64,000 nt of DNA from Candidatus Wolframiiraptor sinensis (lineage in GTDB: Archaea > Thermoproteota > Nitrososphaeria_A > Caldarchaeales > Wolframiiraptoraceae), in NCBI GenBank assembly GCA_023261815.1, contig JALNKA010000002.1:76438-140437 (forward strand). The letters run 5' to 3'. The notes beneath the pieces are model-generated. The model saw only the letters and a list, made by a program, of their open reading frames with translations. It was not told the origin of the DNA and searched no databases. The position numbers and the translations under genes are program-made. Within the stretch, counting starts at the first letter, position 1; every line of letters begins with the position of its first letter. This document shows positions 40,168 to 49,841 of this stretch, in pieces.

Positions 40168-42939
40168 GTGAGAGGCTTGAGGTTCGGGCCCGAGGAATAT
40201 TCTCTAAACTTCCTGAGGGAGCGCGGCTATGCTAGGAAGCGCTGTATTAGCTGCGGCGAGCACTTCTGGACCCTCAACCCAGATAGGGTGGTTTGCGGCG
40301 AGTCTCCATGCGAGCCCTATCGATTTGTCGGCAAGAGCTTGACCAGGCGGAGAATGAGCCTCCGCGAGGTTCGAGAAGCATTTCTCAATTTCTTTGAAAG
40401 GAGGGGTCACGCGGTAATCGCGCCATACCCGGTCGTGGCCCGATGGAGATCCGACATATTCCTAACAGACGCGAGCATAGTCGATTTCCAGCCATTCGTC
40501 ACGTCGGGCATAGCTCCTCCGCCAGCGAACCCCCTGGTCATAAGCCAGCCATGCATAAGGCTCGTCGACATAGATAAGGTTGGGCTGACGTTCGGCAGGC
40601 ACCTCACGATCTTCGAGATGGGAGGCGCTCACGCCTTCAACTACCCCGACAAGGAGGTTTACTGGAAGGAGGAGACAGTTCAATACTATCACGAGTTCGC
40701 GCAGGAGGTATTCGGCATACCAGAGGAGGAGATAATCTACAAGGAGGGCGTGTGGGCTGGCGGGGGCAACGCTGGGCCATGCTTCGAGGCGATTTCATAT
40801 GGGCTCGAGGTCGCGACCCTCGTCTTCATGCAATACAAGACCGCTGATGGAGATCTCGTGAAGCTCCCGATAAGGACTGTTGACACGGGTTATGGCATGG
40901 AGCGGTTCACATGGCTTACTCAGGGGACGCCGAGCTGCTTCGACGCGATCTATGGGAAGCTTTACCCGAGGCTCAAGGAAATAATCGAGATCCCAGAGGT
41001 TGATGGAGAGCTCCTGATCAGATATTCGCCCTACACGGCTCTCGTAGTGCCGAAGGCAGGGATGACGATCGCGGAGGCGAGGAGGAGGATCTCCGAGGCC
41101 TCGGGAATCCCTCTTGAGACGATAATGAGCGAGATCGCGCCGCTCGAGAAGATCTACGCCTCGCTAGATTTCACTAAGTCGATAGCATTCATAATGAGCG
41201 AGGGCGTCGTCCCATCGAATGTGAGGGTCGGATACTTGGCGAGGCTCCTCATCAGGAAGGCTTATAGGCTTCTCAAGGATCTCGGATACGAGGACAAGCT
41301 CATAGACCTGATAAACCTCCAGATAGACTACTGGGGCGAGGACTTCCCGCACCTGAGGGCGATGAGGGACGAGACTATAGACATAATCGAGCATGAGGTG
41401 AGGAAGTTCGAGGACACGATAGCGAAGGGCGTGAGCTACATCGAGAGGGAGCTCGCGGAGATGAGGAGGAGCGGCGCAGCCGAGGTTCCCACAGAGTTCC
41501 TCATCAAGGCATACGATGAGAGGGGGATAACGCCGGACATCGTGAAGCCCGTGGCGGAGAAGCTCGGAATGGAGCTCAGGATCCCGGAGAACTTCTACGA
41601 GCTGGTGGCATCCAGGCACTTGAGGGAGGAGCCGGTGAAGGCAGCAGATGAGGCGCTGAGGATGCTCGAGGAGGAGTTCAGAGATCTCCCGTCAACTGAG
41701 AAGCTATATTACAAGGATCCGAGCATGCTCGAGTTCGAGGCGAGGGTTCTAAGGGTTCGCGGAAATAACGTCGTCCTAGATAGGACATGCTTCTATCCCG
41801 AGGGCGGGGGAGCGGTATCAGATCAAGGAACGTTGAGGCACTCCGGAGGAGAATGCAGGGTGCTCGATGCCCAGATTCTCGAGGGCGGCGTCATAGTCCA
41901 TAAGATTGATGGGCCTCCGCCGGCTGAGGGCGAGCTCGTCAAGGGCTTCGTTGATCGGGCGCGCAGGTTCTCGCTCATGAGGCATCACACGGCGACGCAC
42001 ATAATCTTGGGCGCCGCTAGGAGGGTTCTCGGGAAGCATGCATGGCAGGCTGGAGCTAGGAAGGAGCCCGAGCTCGCGAGGCTTGACATAAGCCATCATA
42101 GGAGGCTTAGCGCCGAGGAGATCACGCGGATAGAGGAGGAGGCCAACAGGATAGTGGCCGCCAGAATACCCGTCAGGATAATGGAGATGGATAGGAATGA
42201 GGCCGAGAGAAGATACGGGTTCCAGCTTTATCAGGGTGGCGAGGTGCCGTCGGCGACTATAAGGGTCGTGGAGATACCGGGATGGGATGCCGAGGCATGC
42301 GGAGGTCTCCACGTCGAGAACACGGAGGACGTGGGCCTGATAAAGATAATCAGGACTGAGAGGATACAGGATGGCGTTGAGAGGCTCGTATTCGCGGCCG
42401 GGCCGGCGGCCCTACGATACATCCAGCAGAACTGGATCCTGACATTGAGGATCGCGGAGAAGCTCGGAGCACCCGTCGAGGCAGTTGAGAAAGTGCTGGA
42501 TGAGACGCTATCGGAATTGAAGAGGCTCAGATCTTCCGTTAGAAGGCTTCTCTCAGCGGCCGCGGAGCTGAGATATCGCGAGCTGAAGGAGAAGCCCATG
42601 AACCTGAGCGGCATAAAGATCTATACTGCGCGTGAGCTCGAGGATGATAGAGACTATGTACTCATGATCTCGGATAAGCTCCTAGAGGGCGATGAGCCCG
42701 CGTGCTTTATCGCGGCATATGGCGGTGAGAAGCCCCACCTCCTGATTACGGCGAATGAGGCGGCGGTGAGATCCGGGGTTCACGCTGGAAAGCTCGCGTC
42801 AATTATAGCCGGGGAGCTCGGCGGGAAGGGAGGGGGAAGAGATAGGCTCGGGCAAGGAGGCCTCGGCAAAGATGTCTCTGAGGCGAGATTGGTCGAGGTA
42901 TCAGCGAGAGCTTTGCGCCAGCAGCTGAATAAGTCTTAG
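40168..42939 (+). CDS. alaS: Alanyl-tRNA synthetase
   Basis: Archaeal AlaS N-terminus (EY..NFLRERGY.RKRC..CGEHFWT), editing-domain HxxxH motifs and a C-terminal DHHA1-like region; 923 aa. Confidence 0.95.
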   Translation: MRGLRFGPEEYSLNFLRERGYARKRCISCGEHFWTLNPDRVVCGESPCEPYRFVGKSLTRRRMSLREVREAFLNFFERRGHAVIAPYPVVARWRSDIFLTDASIVDFQPFVTSGIAPPPANPLVISQPCIRLVDIDKVGLTFGRHLTIFEMGGAHAFNYPDKEVYWKEETVQYYHEFAQEVFGIPEEEIIYKEGVWAGGGNAGPCFEAISYGLEVATLVFMQYKTADGDLVKLPIRTVDTGYGMERFTWLTQGTPSCFDAIYGKLYPRLKEIIEIPEVDGELLIRYSPYTALVVPKAGMTIAEARRRISEASGIPLETIMSEIAPLEKIYASLDFTKSIAFIMSEGVVPSNVRVGYLARLLIRKAYRLLKDLGYEDKLIDLINLQIDYWGEDFPHLRAMRDETIDIIEHEVRKFEDTIAKGVSYIERELAEMRRSGAAEVPTEFLIKAYDERGITPDIVKPVAEKLGMELRIPENFYELVASRHLREEPVKAADEALRMLEEEFRDLPSTEKLYYKDPSMLEFEARVLRVRGNNVVLDRTCFYPEGGGAVSDQGTLRHSGGECRVLDAQILEGGVIVHKIDGPPPAEGELVKGFVDRARRFSLMRHHTATHIILGAARRVLGKHAWQAGARKEPELARLDISHHRRLSAEEITRIEEEANRIVAARIPVRIMEMDRNEAERRYGFQLYQGGEVPSATIRVVEIPGWDAEACGGLHVENTEDVGLIKIIRTERIQDGVERLVFAAGPAALRYIQQNWILTLRIAEKLGAPVEAVEKVLDETLSELKRLRSSVRRLLSAAAELRYRELKEKPMNLSGIKIYTARELEDDRDYVLMISDKLLEGDEPACFIAAYGGEKPHLLITANEAAVRSGVHAGKLASIIAGELGGKGGGRDRLGQGGLGKDVSEARLVEVSARALRQQLNKS

Positions 42940-42951
42940 AAATTGAAATTT

Positions 42952-43824
42952 TTACTCGAGCTTTGCGGCCGCCTTGAGCGCCTGAGCTCTTCTCTCCGCG
43001 AGCATTATTATATCTCTGATAATCTCCTTGGACGGAATCTCGGCCTCTATTGCCAGTGCTCTGGCCTCTAGCGCGCCCTTCACGAGGAGCGGGATCACGG
43101 TCTCCCTCGTAACGTAGCTTATCTCCATCGCTAGCCCGAGCGCCCGGAGGTGGGCCGACTTAACCTCCTCGGCGATCTTCTCGAGATCCAGCTCGAGCTG
43201 CTCTCTTGTGAGCAGGACTCCATCCTCGAAGGCCTTCTCGATGCTTATCCCCTTGAGAACGGCCTTGATGTCGAGTTTTGCCAGGAGGGAGGCGAGCTCC
43301 GGTGAGATCACATCGCCCTTCCTTGCGACGACGGTATCCCTGGCTATCCAGATCTGGCCGCCATCGATCCTCGTCGGGATCTTAAGCTTTCCGAACTCGC
43401 TTAGAATCGGACCTGGCGGAAGCCCGGTATTCATCTCCGGAACGACCACGTCGAAGTCCGCCTTCTCGCCTGCTCTAGCATGCATAGGTATCCTATTCTT
43501 ATCCAGAATTATCTTGAGCTTGAAGGCGCTGGTATTCGAGAAGATGAAGCCCGCAGGCTCCTTGATGTCCTCGACCAGGGCTTTGAGCTCCGGCCTGCCA
43601 GCTTTCTCAGCCGCCTTGATGAAGAGATTCTTCTTTGCGATCTTTATCACGGCGATCCCCCGAAGCTTCCTCCTCATCTCATGGAGCAAGTTTGCTCTCA
43701 GGCCGACGAGCCTGAATATCGCAACGATCCTATTAGATGCTAGGAGCTGGGCCAGCTCCTCGACTATCCTGACTTTTCGCTCTGGAACTCTTCGAGCCCT
43801 CTTGACAACGGCTTCGGACGACAA
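42952..43824 (-). CDS. rpl10: 50S ribosomal protein L10 (P0)
   Basis: L10/P0 N-terminal domain plus a C-terminal Ala-rich hinge (AAAKLE). Confidence 0.9.
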   Translation of the reverse strand: MSSEAVVKRARRVPERKVRIVEELAQLLASNRIVAIFRLVGLRANLLHEMRRKLRGIAVIKIAKKNLFIKAAEKAGRPELKALVEDIKEPAGFIFSNTSAFKLKIILDKNRIPMHARAGEKADFDVVVPEMNTGLPPGPILSEFGKLKIPTRIDGGQIWIARDTVVARKGDVISPELASLLAKLDIKAVLKGISIEKAFEDGVLLTREQLELDLEKIAEEVKSAHLRALGLAMEISYVTRETVIPLLVKGALEARALAIEAEIPSKEIIRDIIMLAERRAQALKAAAKLE

Positions 43825-43865
43825 GACCCCCTCACCGGCTTTAAGCCTAGATTTAACCCCTATTT

Positions 43866-44534
43866 CTAGGATTCCTCCAGCTCGACCTTGATGGGTTCGC
43901 CCATAGTCCTCTTGATGTAGATCGACTGTATGTTTCTGAATCTCCTCTCAAGCCTCTCAGCGATCTTTGAGATGACGGCTGCCGCGTTCTCGGCCAGCGA
44001 TTTCGAGTCCATGTCCTCCGTCCCGATCAAGCACATGGCCTGCGGATTCTTTCTCACGTTGATTACAACACTCCTCTTCAAGCTTCTGACGAGATCCGCT
44101 AGATCAACTCCTTGTGGAATCGGATGAGGCCTCTTGCCCCGCCCGCCCAGAGCTGCTCCGAGAGCCTTCGCCGCGAGCCCCATCATCGCCGGCTCAACCA
44201 AGAAAAAGTCATACTGCGATGCAATTTTCTTGGCCAGCCTCTTATTACCCACAAGAGCCTCGAGCTCATCCTTACCGATTATCCTATCGATCTCCGGGAT
44301 CTTCTTCGCCTCCGTCGCCAAAGCGGGGCCAGCGATGAGGCAGATCTTAGCCGGCTTGCCTCCCCTACCATGAGGAAGCTCGACCACCTCGTAGATCCTG
44401 TTCTCAGGCTTCTTCAAATCTATGTCCTGCAAATTCACTATCAGCTCGATCGATTGCTTGAAGTTCCTAGGCTTGCCGGCTTGCCTCGCCTTCTCCATCA
44501 CCTTGACAAGTGGCTCTTCGAGTGTTCTAAGCAT
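43866..44534 (-). CDS. rpl1: 50S ribosomal protein L1
   Basis: L1 family pattern (NFKQSIEL.VNL.DID...). Confidence 0.9.
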   Translation of the reverse strand: MLRTLEEPLVKVMEKARQAGKPRNFKQSIELIVNLQDIDLKKPENRIYEVVELPHGRGGKPAKICLIAGPALATEAKKIPEIDRIIGKDELEALVGNKRLAKKIASQYDFFLVEPAMMGLAAKALGAALGGRGKRPHPIPQGVDLADLVRSLKRSVVINVRKNPQAMCLIGTEDMDSKSLAENAAAVISKIAERLERRFRNIQSIYIKRTMGEPIKVELEES

Positions 44535-44613
44535 TTCCCAGCTAACGGCTGGGCTGGAGGATTTAAGGATATAGTTGCTCTTCGGCTAGGAGGGTGAGAT
44601 CCTCTGCCGCAGC

Positions 44614-45108
44614 TCAGGATTCCTCATACTTCCTGATGAGGTCGTCGTATGCGCCGGCATCAACCTCTTTGAGCACTTCTTTAGCCCTCTTTCCACCGAC
44701 AGTTATCCCCATGCTAAGGCATGTGCCTAGAACCTGCTTGACTGCCGCCTTCAGGGTCTTAGCGCGCATGCCCGGCATCTTGATCTTCGCTATCTTGACT
44801 ATCTGCTCCATGCTGAGGTCTGCGACGAAGTCGCGATTCGGCTGCGATGAGCCCTTCTCGATGCCGGCCTCCTTGACTAGGAGAGCGGCTGTTGTGGGAA
44901 TTCCAACCTTAACCTCAAACGTCTTTGTATCCGTGTTCACCACAACCTCGACGGGAACTCTCATGCCCTTGAACTCCGCGGTTCTCCTATTAATCTCCTC
45001 AACGATTTGAAGCACGTTTACTCCAAGCGGGCCCAGAGCAGGGCCTATCGGCGGCCCAGCCGTGGCCTCGCCGCCCGGAATGAGGAACTTCAAGGTCTTC
45101 TCGGGCAT
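44614..45108 (-). CDS. rpl11: 50S ribosomal protein L11
   Basis: PPIGPALGPLGVN motif. Confidence 0.95.
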   Translation of the reverse strand: MPEKTLKFLIPGGEATAGPPIGPALGPLGVNVLQIVEEINRRTAEFKGMRVPVEVVVNTDTKTFEVKVGIPTTAALLVKEAGIEKGSSQPNRDFVADLSMEQIVKIAKIKMPGMRAKTLKAAVKQVLGTCLSMGITVGGKRAKEVLKEVDAGAYDDLIRKYEES

Positions 45109-45114
45109 CTCCCT

Positions 45115-45606
45115 CTAAACCTCCTTCTCCTTTATCACTCTAACCTGGTCCGCTGGCACCGAGATCGGGATGACGAACGCGGCGTCAGCGGGCTCTATAG
45201 TCACCTCATTTTTAGGTTTATCTATCCTGATTATCTTGCCGCTTATTCCCTGAAGCGGTCCGGAGATTATCTCCACGATATCTCCAACCGAGAGCATTTC
45301 TATGGTCGGCTTCTCGACCAAGTGGATCACGATCTCCTCCTTCTTAACGGGCAGTATCGACCCCGTCTTCACGTGCTTTATCCCCTGCACGAGCACCGAG
45401 ATCTTATCCCTGCTCTCGGCTTCTACGAAGATGTATCCCTTGATATCCGGCAGTATGATGATCGAGTATACCCCCTGCTGCTCGGGGGACGTGATCCTGG
45501 ATTCAAGTATCCTGGCAACATTCCTCTCCTGGCCTGCCGTGACCTTTACCACGAAGAACTTTGACGATTTGCGCTGAACCTCGGAGTGTCCTTCCATCTC
45601 CCTCAC
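45115..45606 (-). CDS. spt5: Transcription elongation factor Spt5 (NusG homolog) with KOW domain
   Basis: NGN domain (FFVVKVTAGQERNVA) plus KOW (GDIVEIISGPLQG.SGKI). Confidence 0.9.
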   Translation of the reverse strand: MREMEGHSEVQRKSSKFFVVKVTAGQERNVARILESRITSPEQQGVYSIIILPDIKGYIFVEAESRDKISVLVQGIKHVKTGSILPVKKEEIVIHLVEKPTIEMLSVGDIVEIISGPLQGISGKIIRIDKPKNEVTIEPADAAFVIPISVPADQVRVIKEKEV

Positions 45607-45800
45607 GCACCCTGAATTACTAGAGCTAGAAACTTGATCACGAATGTTATGAGCCCTATCGCCGCAACCCCTATCGCCACGATCTTCATGGCTTGCGTGA
45701 ACTCCCCCCTAGTAGGCTTTCTAGCTAGCTTGATCGTGGTGGCCGCGGATCTGAGAAAGCCCCTAAGCCCCATCCCGTCGAAACCCGAGCAATCCATCAT
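45603..45800 (-). CDS. secE: Protein translocase subunit SecE (Sec61-gamma)
   Basis: About 60 aa with a single C-terminal TM (VAIGVAAIGLITFVIKFL), in the conserved secE-spt5-L11 position. The true start may be the internal Met at 45773. Confidence 0.8.
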   Translation of the reverse strand: MMDCSGFDGMGLRGFLRSAATTIKLARKPTRGEFTQAMKIVAIGVAAIGLITFVIKFLALVIQGA

Positions 45801-45857
45801 ATATGTTTAGCCTCAGCCCTCAATGCTTTTAATCCGGGAATATTCATCCCTCGTGGA

Positions 45858-47603
45858 ATGGATTCTCACAAGGGATCCTTAGATCTGGAGTCTGTTCTGG
45901 AGAGCGTTGCCTCGCCCATGAGGCTGAGGATCTTGAAGGCTCTAGCGGGCCGGAAGCTGAGCTACACGGAGCTCGTGAAGGCCGTTGGGCTCAATAGGGA
46001 TAGGGATGCCGGCAAATTCTCCTACCACCTCAAGAAGCTTCTCGCCGTTGGGCTCGTGGAGGTAGAAGCACCTACGGGGAAATACGTGCTATCGAGCAGG
46101 GGGGCCAGGATCCTGAGCGCCTTAGAATCCATTGAGGAGGAGCTGAGGGATAAGAGCCGGATGATGGTGAGAAGGAGCAATCAGATAGTCGAGCCATTTG
46201 ATAGAAGCAAGATAGCCGAGGCCCTGATAAGGGAGGGAAAGCTCCCGCCGAAGCTAGCGAGCGAGATAGCTGCAGTTGCCGAGAGGAAGCTCCTCGACCT
46301 CAGGATAGAATACCTTTCAGCCCCCCTAATCCGCGAGCTCGTCAACGCCATCCTCTTGGATATGGGCTTGGAAAAATATAGGCATAGGCTCACGAGGATA
46401 GGCATGCCCCTACATGACGCCGAGGCGCTTTTCAGAAGAGCCTTGGAGAGCGGGGACTGGATGCTTTTCACCCAAGAAACATCCGGCGCCATAATGAGGG
46501 AGTACCTGCTATTGGGATTTCTCCCGAGAAGCATCTCGGACATGCACCTCAGCGGAAAGATCGACATATATCCGATATCCGGCTGGCTCTCATGCTTATT
46601 CTCGAAGGCGATTAAACTCGATTCGGAGGAGCTGGTTAAATCCGCGATGAAGTTATGTTCCTCAATATTCCACATCAAGCACGAGATAAGGCTCCTGGGA
46701 TCTGAGGCCGGCGTCAAGCAGCTCATCTCATCGCTGCCGGACAAGCTACCCGGGAGGCGGATAATATCCACCGAGGCCTTTGACGATATTATGAGGTTTC
46801 TTCAGGAGATCTCGAGAGACACAAGATCCAGCATCGGGGTAATATTCGACTGCGGAAAGCATGATATCCGGGATATAGCTTCGGTGAGCAGGCAGTTGTG
46901 GAAGCTCGGAATCCCGCACGCATACGCGCTATCCGGTGAAACTTATTTCACAGGGTTCCGCCTAGATGAAGATTGCCGGGCGATCCACTCCATAATCACG
47001 TTGAATGCGCTTAGAGCCGCCATGGAGGGCGATGGCGACCTGGAGGGGATGATCTCGAATCTCAGAGGATGGCTGAAGAGCATTTTACCAATCATCAGGA
47101 GGGGATTAATGCTTGCGGGGAGATTTCATGGCGAGAGCAAGCCCTGCTCCATGATCGCATTGAGCGGCTTGATCGAGGCCGCGAAGCTTATGGCGAGGGG
47201 CAAGTCGGCGACAATAGAGGAGGCTGTGGAGCTGGAGCTCGCCGCGCTGAGGGAGCTGTCAAAGCTCATGCAGCAGGCGAATGACGTGATGCTCGTTGGC
47301 AGATGCCCCATCTCAGCCGCGAAGCGATTCTTCCACCTAGACTCGCAGAGACACGACAATGAGTTATTGAGGAACCTCACACGCGGAGCCAAAGCATACA
47401 GCTTGACCCCGATTCCTGAACTGAGCGAGTTCAGGAGCCTGGATTCATGGATTGAGCCCGCCAAGCAGATGGTACAGAATCTTAATGGCGGGTTCTGCCT
47501 GTGGATGAGGCTGAGCAGGCTTCCGAGAACCCTGAGTGAGGCGATATACATTGCCGAGGAATTAAGGAAATACAATAAGCATGGCGTAATAGTAGTCACA
47601 TGA
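45858..47603 (+). CDS. Winged-HTH (ArsR-like) + ATP-cone fusion protein with an uncharacterised ~370-aa C-terminal domain
   Basis: Residues 1-100 show an ArsR-type wHTH (MRLRILKAL..LSYTELVKAVGL..GKFSYHLKKLLAVGLVE). Residues 100-190 show an ATP-cone pattern (MMVRRSNQIVEPFDRSKIAEAL...SAPLIRELVNAILLDMGLEKYRHR). The rest has no recognised motif and no glycyl-radical or Zn site. Confidence 0.6.
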   Translation: MDSHKGSLDLESVLESVASPMRLRILKALAGRKLSYTELVKAVGLNRDRDAGKFSYHLKKLLAVGLVEVEAPTGKYVLSSRGARILSALESIEEELRDKSRMMVRRSNQIVEPFDRSKIAEALIREGKLPPKLASEIAAVAERKLLDLRIEYLSAPLIRELVNAILLDMGLEKYRHRLTRIGMPLHDAEALFRRALESGDWMLFTQETSGAIMREYLLLGFLPRSISDMHLSGKIDIYPISGWLSCLFSKAIKLDSEELVKSAMKLCSSIFHIKHEIRLLGSEAGVKQLISSLPDKLPGRRIISTEAFDDIMRFLQEISRDTRSSIGVIFDCGKHDIRDIASVSRQLWKLGIPHAYALSGETYFTGFRLDEDCRAIHSIITLNALRAAMEGDGDLEGMISNLRGWLKSILPIIRRGLMLAGRFHGESKPCSMIALSGLIEAAKLMARGKSATIEEAVELELAALRELSKLMQQANDVMLVGRCPISAAKRFFHLDSQRHDNELLRNLTRGAKAYSLTPIPELSEFRSLDSWIEPAKQMVQNLNGGFCLWMRLSRLPRTLSEAIYIAEELRKYNKHGVIVVT

Positions 47604-47607
47604 GTGG

Positions 47608-47973
47608 TTAATGCCTCCTTGACTTGAGTAGGAGTATTGCTTTTGCGAGGTCGCCATTGGCCTCTATCAGGGCGCTTCTCGCCTCCTCCTCGCTGACGCC
47701 GGCCTGAGCCGCCACGAGAATCACGTCCTCGCTCGACGGCTCATACCTTTCCTCAACTCTTCCCTCCTCCGATATCTCGCCGCCAATTATCTGGAAGACG
47801 CTTTCGTTCTCGAGCTTCATCTCCAGGACGTTGGCATCTTGGATCGTGATAATCTTATCTTCGAGCTCGATTATGATCTTGCTGGCCCTGCCGAGCTCCT
47901 TAACATCCAAGCCCAGGCTGCCAAGCATCTTCGCCTGCAGGCGCCTCAACTGCCTCGGGGAGACGCGCTTCAT
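47608..47973 (-). CDS. nac: Nascent polypeptide-associated complex protein (aNAC) with UBA domain
   Basis: NAC domain (MLGSLGLDVKEL...VFQIIG) and a C-terminal UBA-like segment (SEEEARSALIEANGDLAKAIL). Confidence 0.9.
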   Translation of the reverse strand: MKRVSPRQLRRLQAKMLGSLGLDVKELGRASKIIIELEDKIITIQDANVLEMKLENESVFQIIGGEISEEGRVEERYEPSSEDVILVAAQAGVSEEEARSALIEANGDLAKAILLLKSRRH

Positions 47974-48074
47974 CGCTCACGAGTAAGCTGAACCTCAAGG
48001 AATTTAAGATTACTTTTCGATAAAGCCCATGCTCGGGAAAGTTCTCCCAGCAGGCTGATTTATTGCCGAGCCTC

Positions 48075-48560
48075 CTAGTCTTTCCTTACTCTCCTTATCT
48101 TGATGACCGCGCCCGCCCTAAGCTCCCTCATGATCCGCGATGAGGTAATGGCTCTTCCGACGGCTATGAGCTTCCCATCGCCTGACTCCACCAGAACCTC
48201 CTCCCCCGGCCTTATCCCCTCAGAGCAGTACTCGATATCAGCCGCTAGAGGGTTCATGCCCCTGCTCACGCGCTCTACACCCGATTCCCGCAACACCACC
48301 CTCGGCGCCCTCTCCCCAAGAATCTCCTTAAGCCTCTCAGCACCCTTGAGGCTTAGAGCTATCATGTTATCCGGGTACCTGATGGTCGCGATAATCTCAT
48401 CATCTAACCGGACGTAGCGCGGTCTCCCAGTCCTCTTCGATAGCTCGACGACGCATCCTTCGGGGAAGAGCCTCTCACCCACTCCCCTCCCAAACTGATA
48501 GTCGGCCATATCGCGGACTATTCGGAGAAGCAGGTCACCTGATGACCCTGAAGCACTCAT
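48075..48560 (-). CDS. PUA-domain RNA-binding protein (Nip7-like)
   Basis: C-terminal PUA-like segment (GEEVLVESGDGKLIAVGRA...AVIKIRRV); 161 aa; overlaps the hflX 3' end. Confidence 0.55.
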   Translation of the reverse strand: MSASGSSGDLLLRIVRDMADYQFGRGVGERLFPEGCVVELSKRTGRPRYVRLDDEIIATIRYPDNMIALSLKGAERLKEILGERAPRVVLRESGVERVSRGMNPLAADIEYCSEGIRPGEEVLVESGDGKLIAVGRAITSSRIMRELRAGAVIKIRRVRKD

Positions 48561-49806
48561 TATTGAACTTCCTCCTTATCTTCTCGGCCAGCTGAATGGG
48601 CATCTCGGCCCTAAGCCTGATAAACTCATTCTCGTAGTTAAGGAGATCCACCTTGGAGCTCCTGAATATCTCGTTGAGGATCTTGGCCGTCTCATCGTTG
48701 TAGGGAAGCGTGGTCTCGACCTTGATGAAGCCTCTCAGGAGCTCGGAGACCTTTTTCTGAAGCTCATCTAGGCCCCAACCGTATTTCGCGGATATGACGA
48801 CGCGCGGCAGGTCTAGGTCCAGCTCGCTGATTCTCAGCTCGATCTCATCGCGGTCGAGGAGATCGGCCTTATTCAGCACTAGGAGCACTGGGACCTCGTG
48901 CGCCCCGATATTGTAAAGCGTCTGGAGCGATGTCGTGATCTTCTCCCTCAGCTTCTCCACGGGGTCCGATGCGTCGGCAACGAGCAGTATCAGGTCTGAG
49001 AGTGCTATCTCCCTGAGGGTCGCGTAGAATGCTTCCACGAGCAGGGTTGGGAGGTTCTTGATGAATCCGACGGTGTCGGAGAGGAAGACGGGCTTCCCCG
49101 CGATCCGGACGATTCTCGTGGTGGGCGTGAGCGTTGTGAAGAGCTTGGAATCCACGAGAACATTCTCCATCGTAAGCGCGTTAAAGAGCGTGGACTTCCC
49201 CGCATTCGTGTAGCCGGCGAGAGATATCAGCGGCAGGCCCCGCTTCCTCCTCTCCAACCTGATGAGATCCATGTGCTTCTTGAGGCTCTCGAGCTTCCTC
49301 GCTATCGAGACCATCCTCCTGTGAATCTCATCGTAGTAGATGTCCGCCTCATATGCTCCTAGTCCATGGAATCCAGGCTGCTCGCCCTTCTTCGCCAGCC
49401 TCACCTTCTCCTTCGCCCTAGAGAGCTCATATTTCAGCTCCGCCAGCTTTATCTGGAGCTTGGCCTCAAGGCTGCTAGCGTGAAGGCTGAATATCTCGAG
49501 GATCAGCTTTGTTCTCGTCAATATCGGGACCTTGAGCTCCTTGGCGAGATTGTATTCTTGGACGGGCTTCAGCTCATTCTCGAAGACCACCTTCTCTATT
49601 CCAAGCATCTCGACGGCTCTCTTCAGCTCCTCGACCTTCCCCGGGCCGATGTGGTACTCGGGGTGAGGGGGCCTAACCTGCTTCAGCTCATAAACCACCT
49701 CATAGCCCGCGGTTCTACAGAGCTCCTTAAGCTCGCTAAGATTATCATCCTCGCCTCTATCAACTCGATGAACTATTGCAACCCTCAAAGCTCCGCCTTC
49801 AAGCAT
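48535..49806 (-). CDS. hflX: GTPase HflX
   Basis: HflX N-domain and G domain (GYTNAGKSTLFNALT, DTVGF, NKAD). Confidence 0.9.
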   Translation of the reverse strand: MLEGGALRVAIVHRVDRGEDDNLSELKELCRTAGYEVVYELKQVRPPHPEYHIGPGKVEELKRAVEMLGIEKVVFENELKPVQEYNLAKELKVPILTRTKLILEIFSLHASSLEAKLQIKLAELKYELSRAKEKVRLAKKGEQPGFHGLGAYEADIYYDEIHRRMVSIARKLESLKKHMDLIRLERRKRGLPLISLAGYTNAGKSTLFNALTMENVLVDSKLFTTLTPTTRIVRIAGKPVFLSDTVGFIKNLPTLLVEAFYATLREIALSDLILLVADASDPVEKLREKITTSLQTLYNIGAHEVPVLLVLNKADLLDRDEIELRISELDLDLPRVVISAKYGWGLDELQKKVSELLRGFIKVETTLPYNDETAKILNEIFRSSKVDLLNYENEFIRLRAEMPIQLAEKIRRKFNNECFRVIR

Positions 49807-49841
49807 TATCCCCGCAAGCCGGCCTTAAAACCTTGATCCTC

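Noticed and set aside
45858-47603. Calling the ATP-cone protein an anaerobic (class III) ribonucleotide reductase
   Set aside because: No glycyl-radical RxxGY motif, no C-terminal Zn-Cys4 site and no recognisable RNR active-site cysteines. It is also too short.
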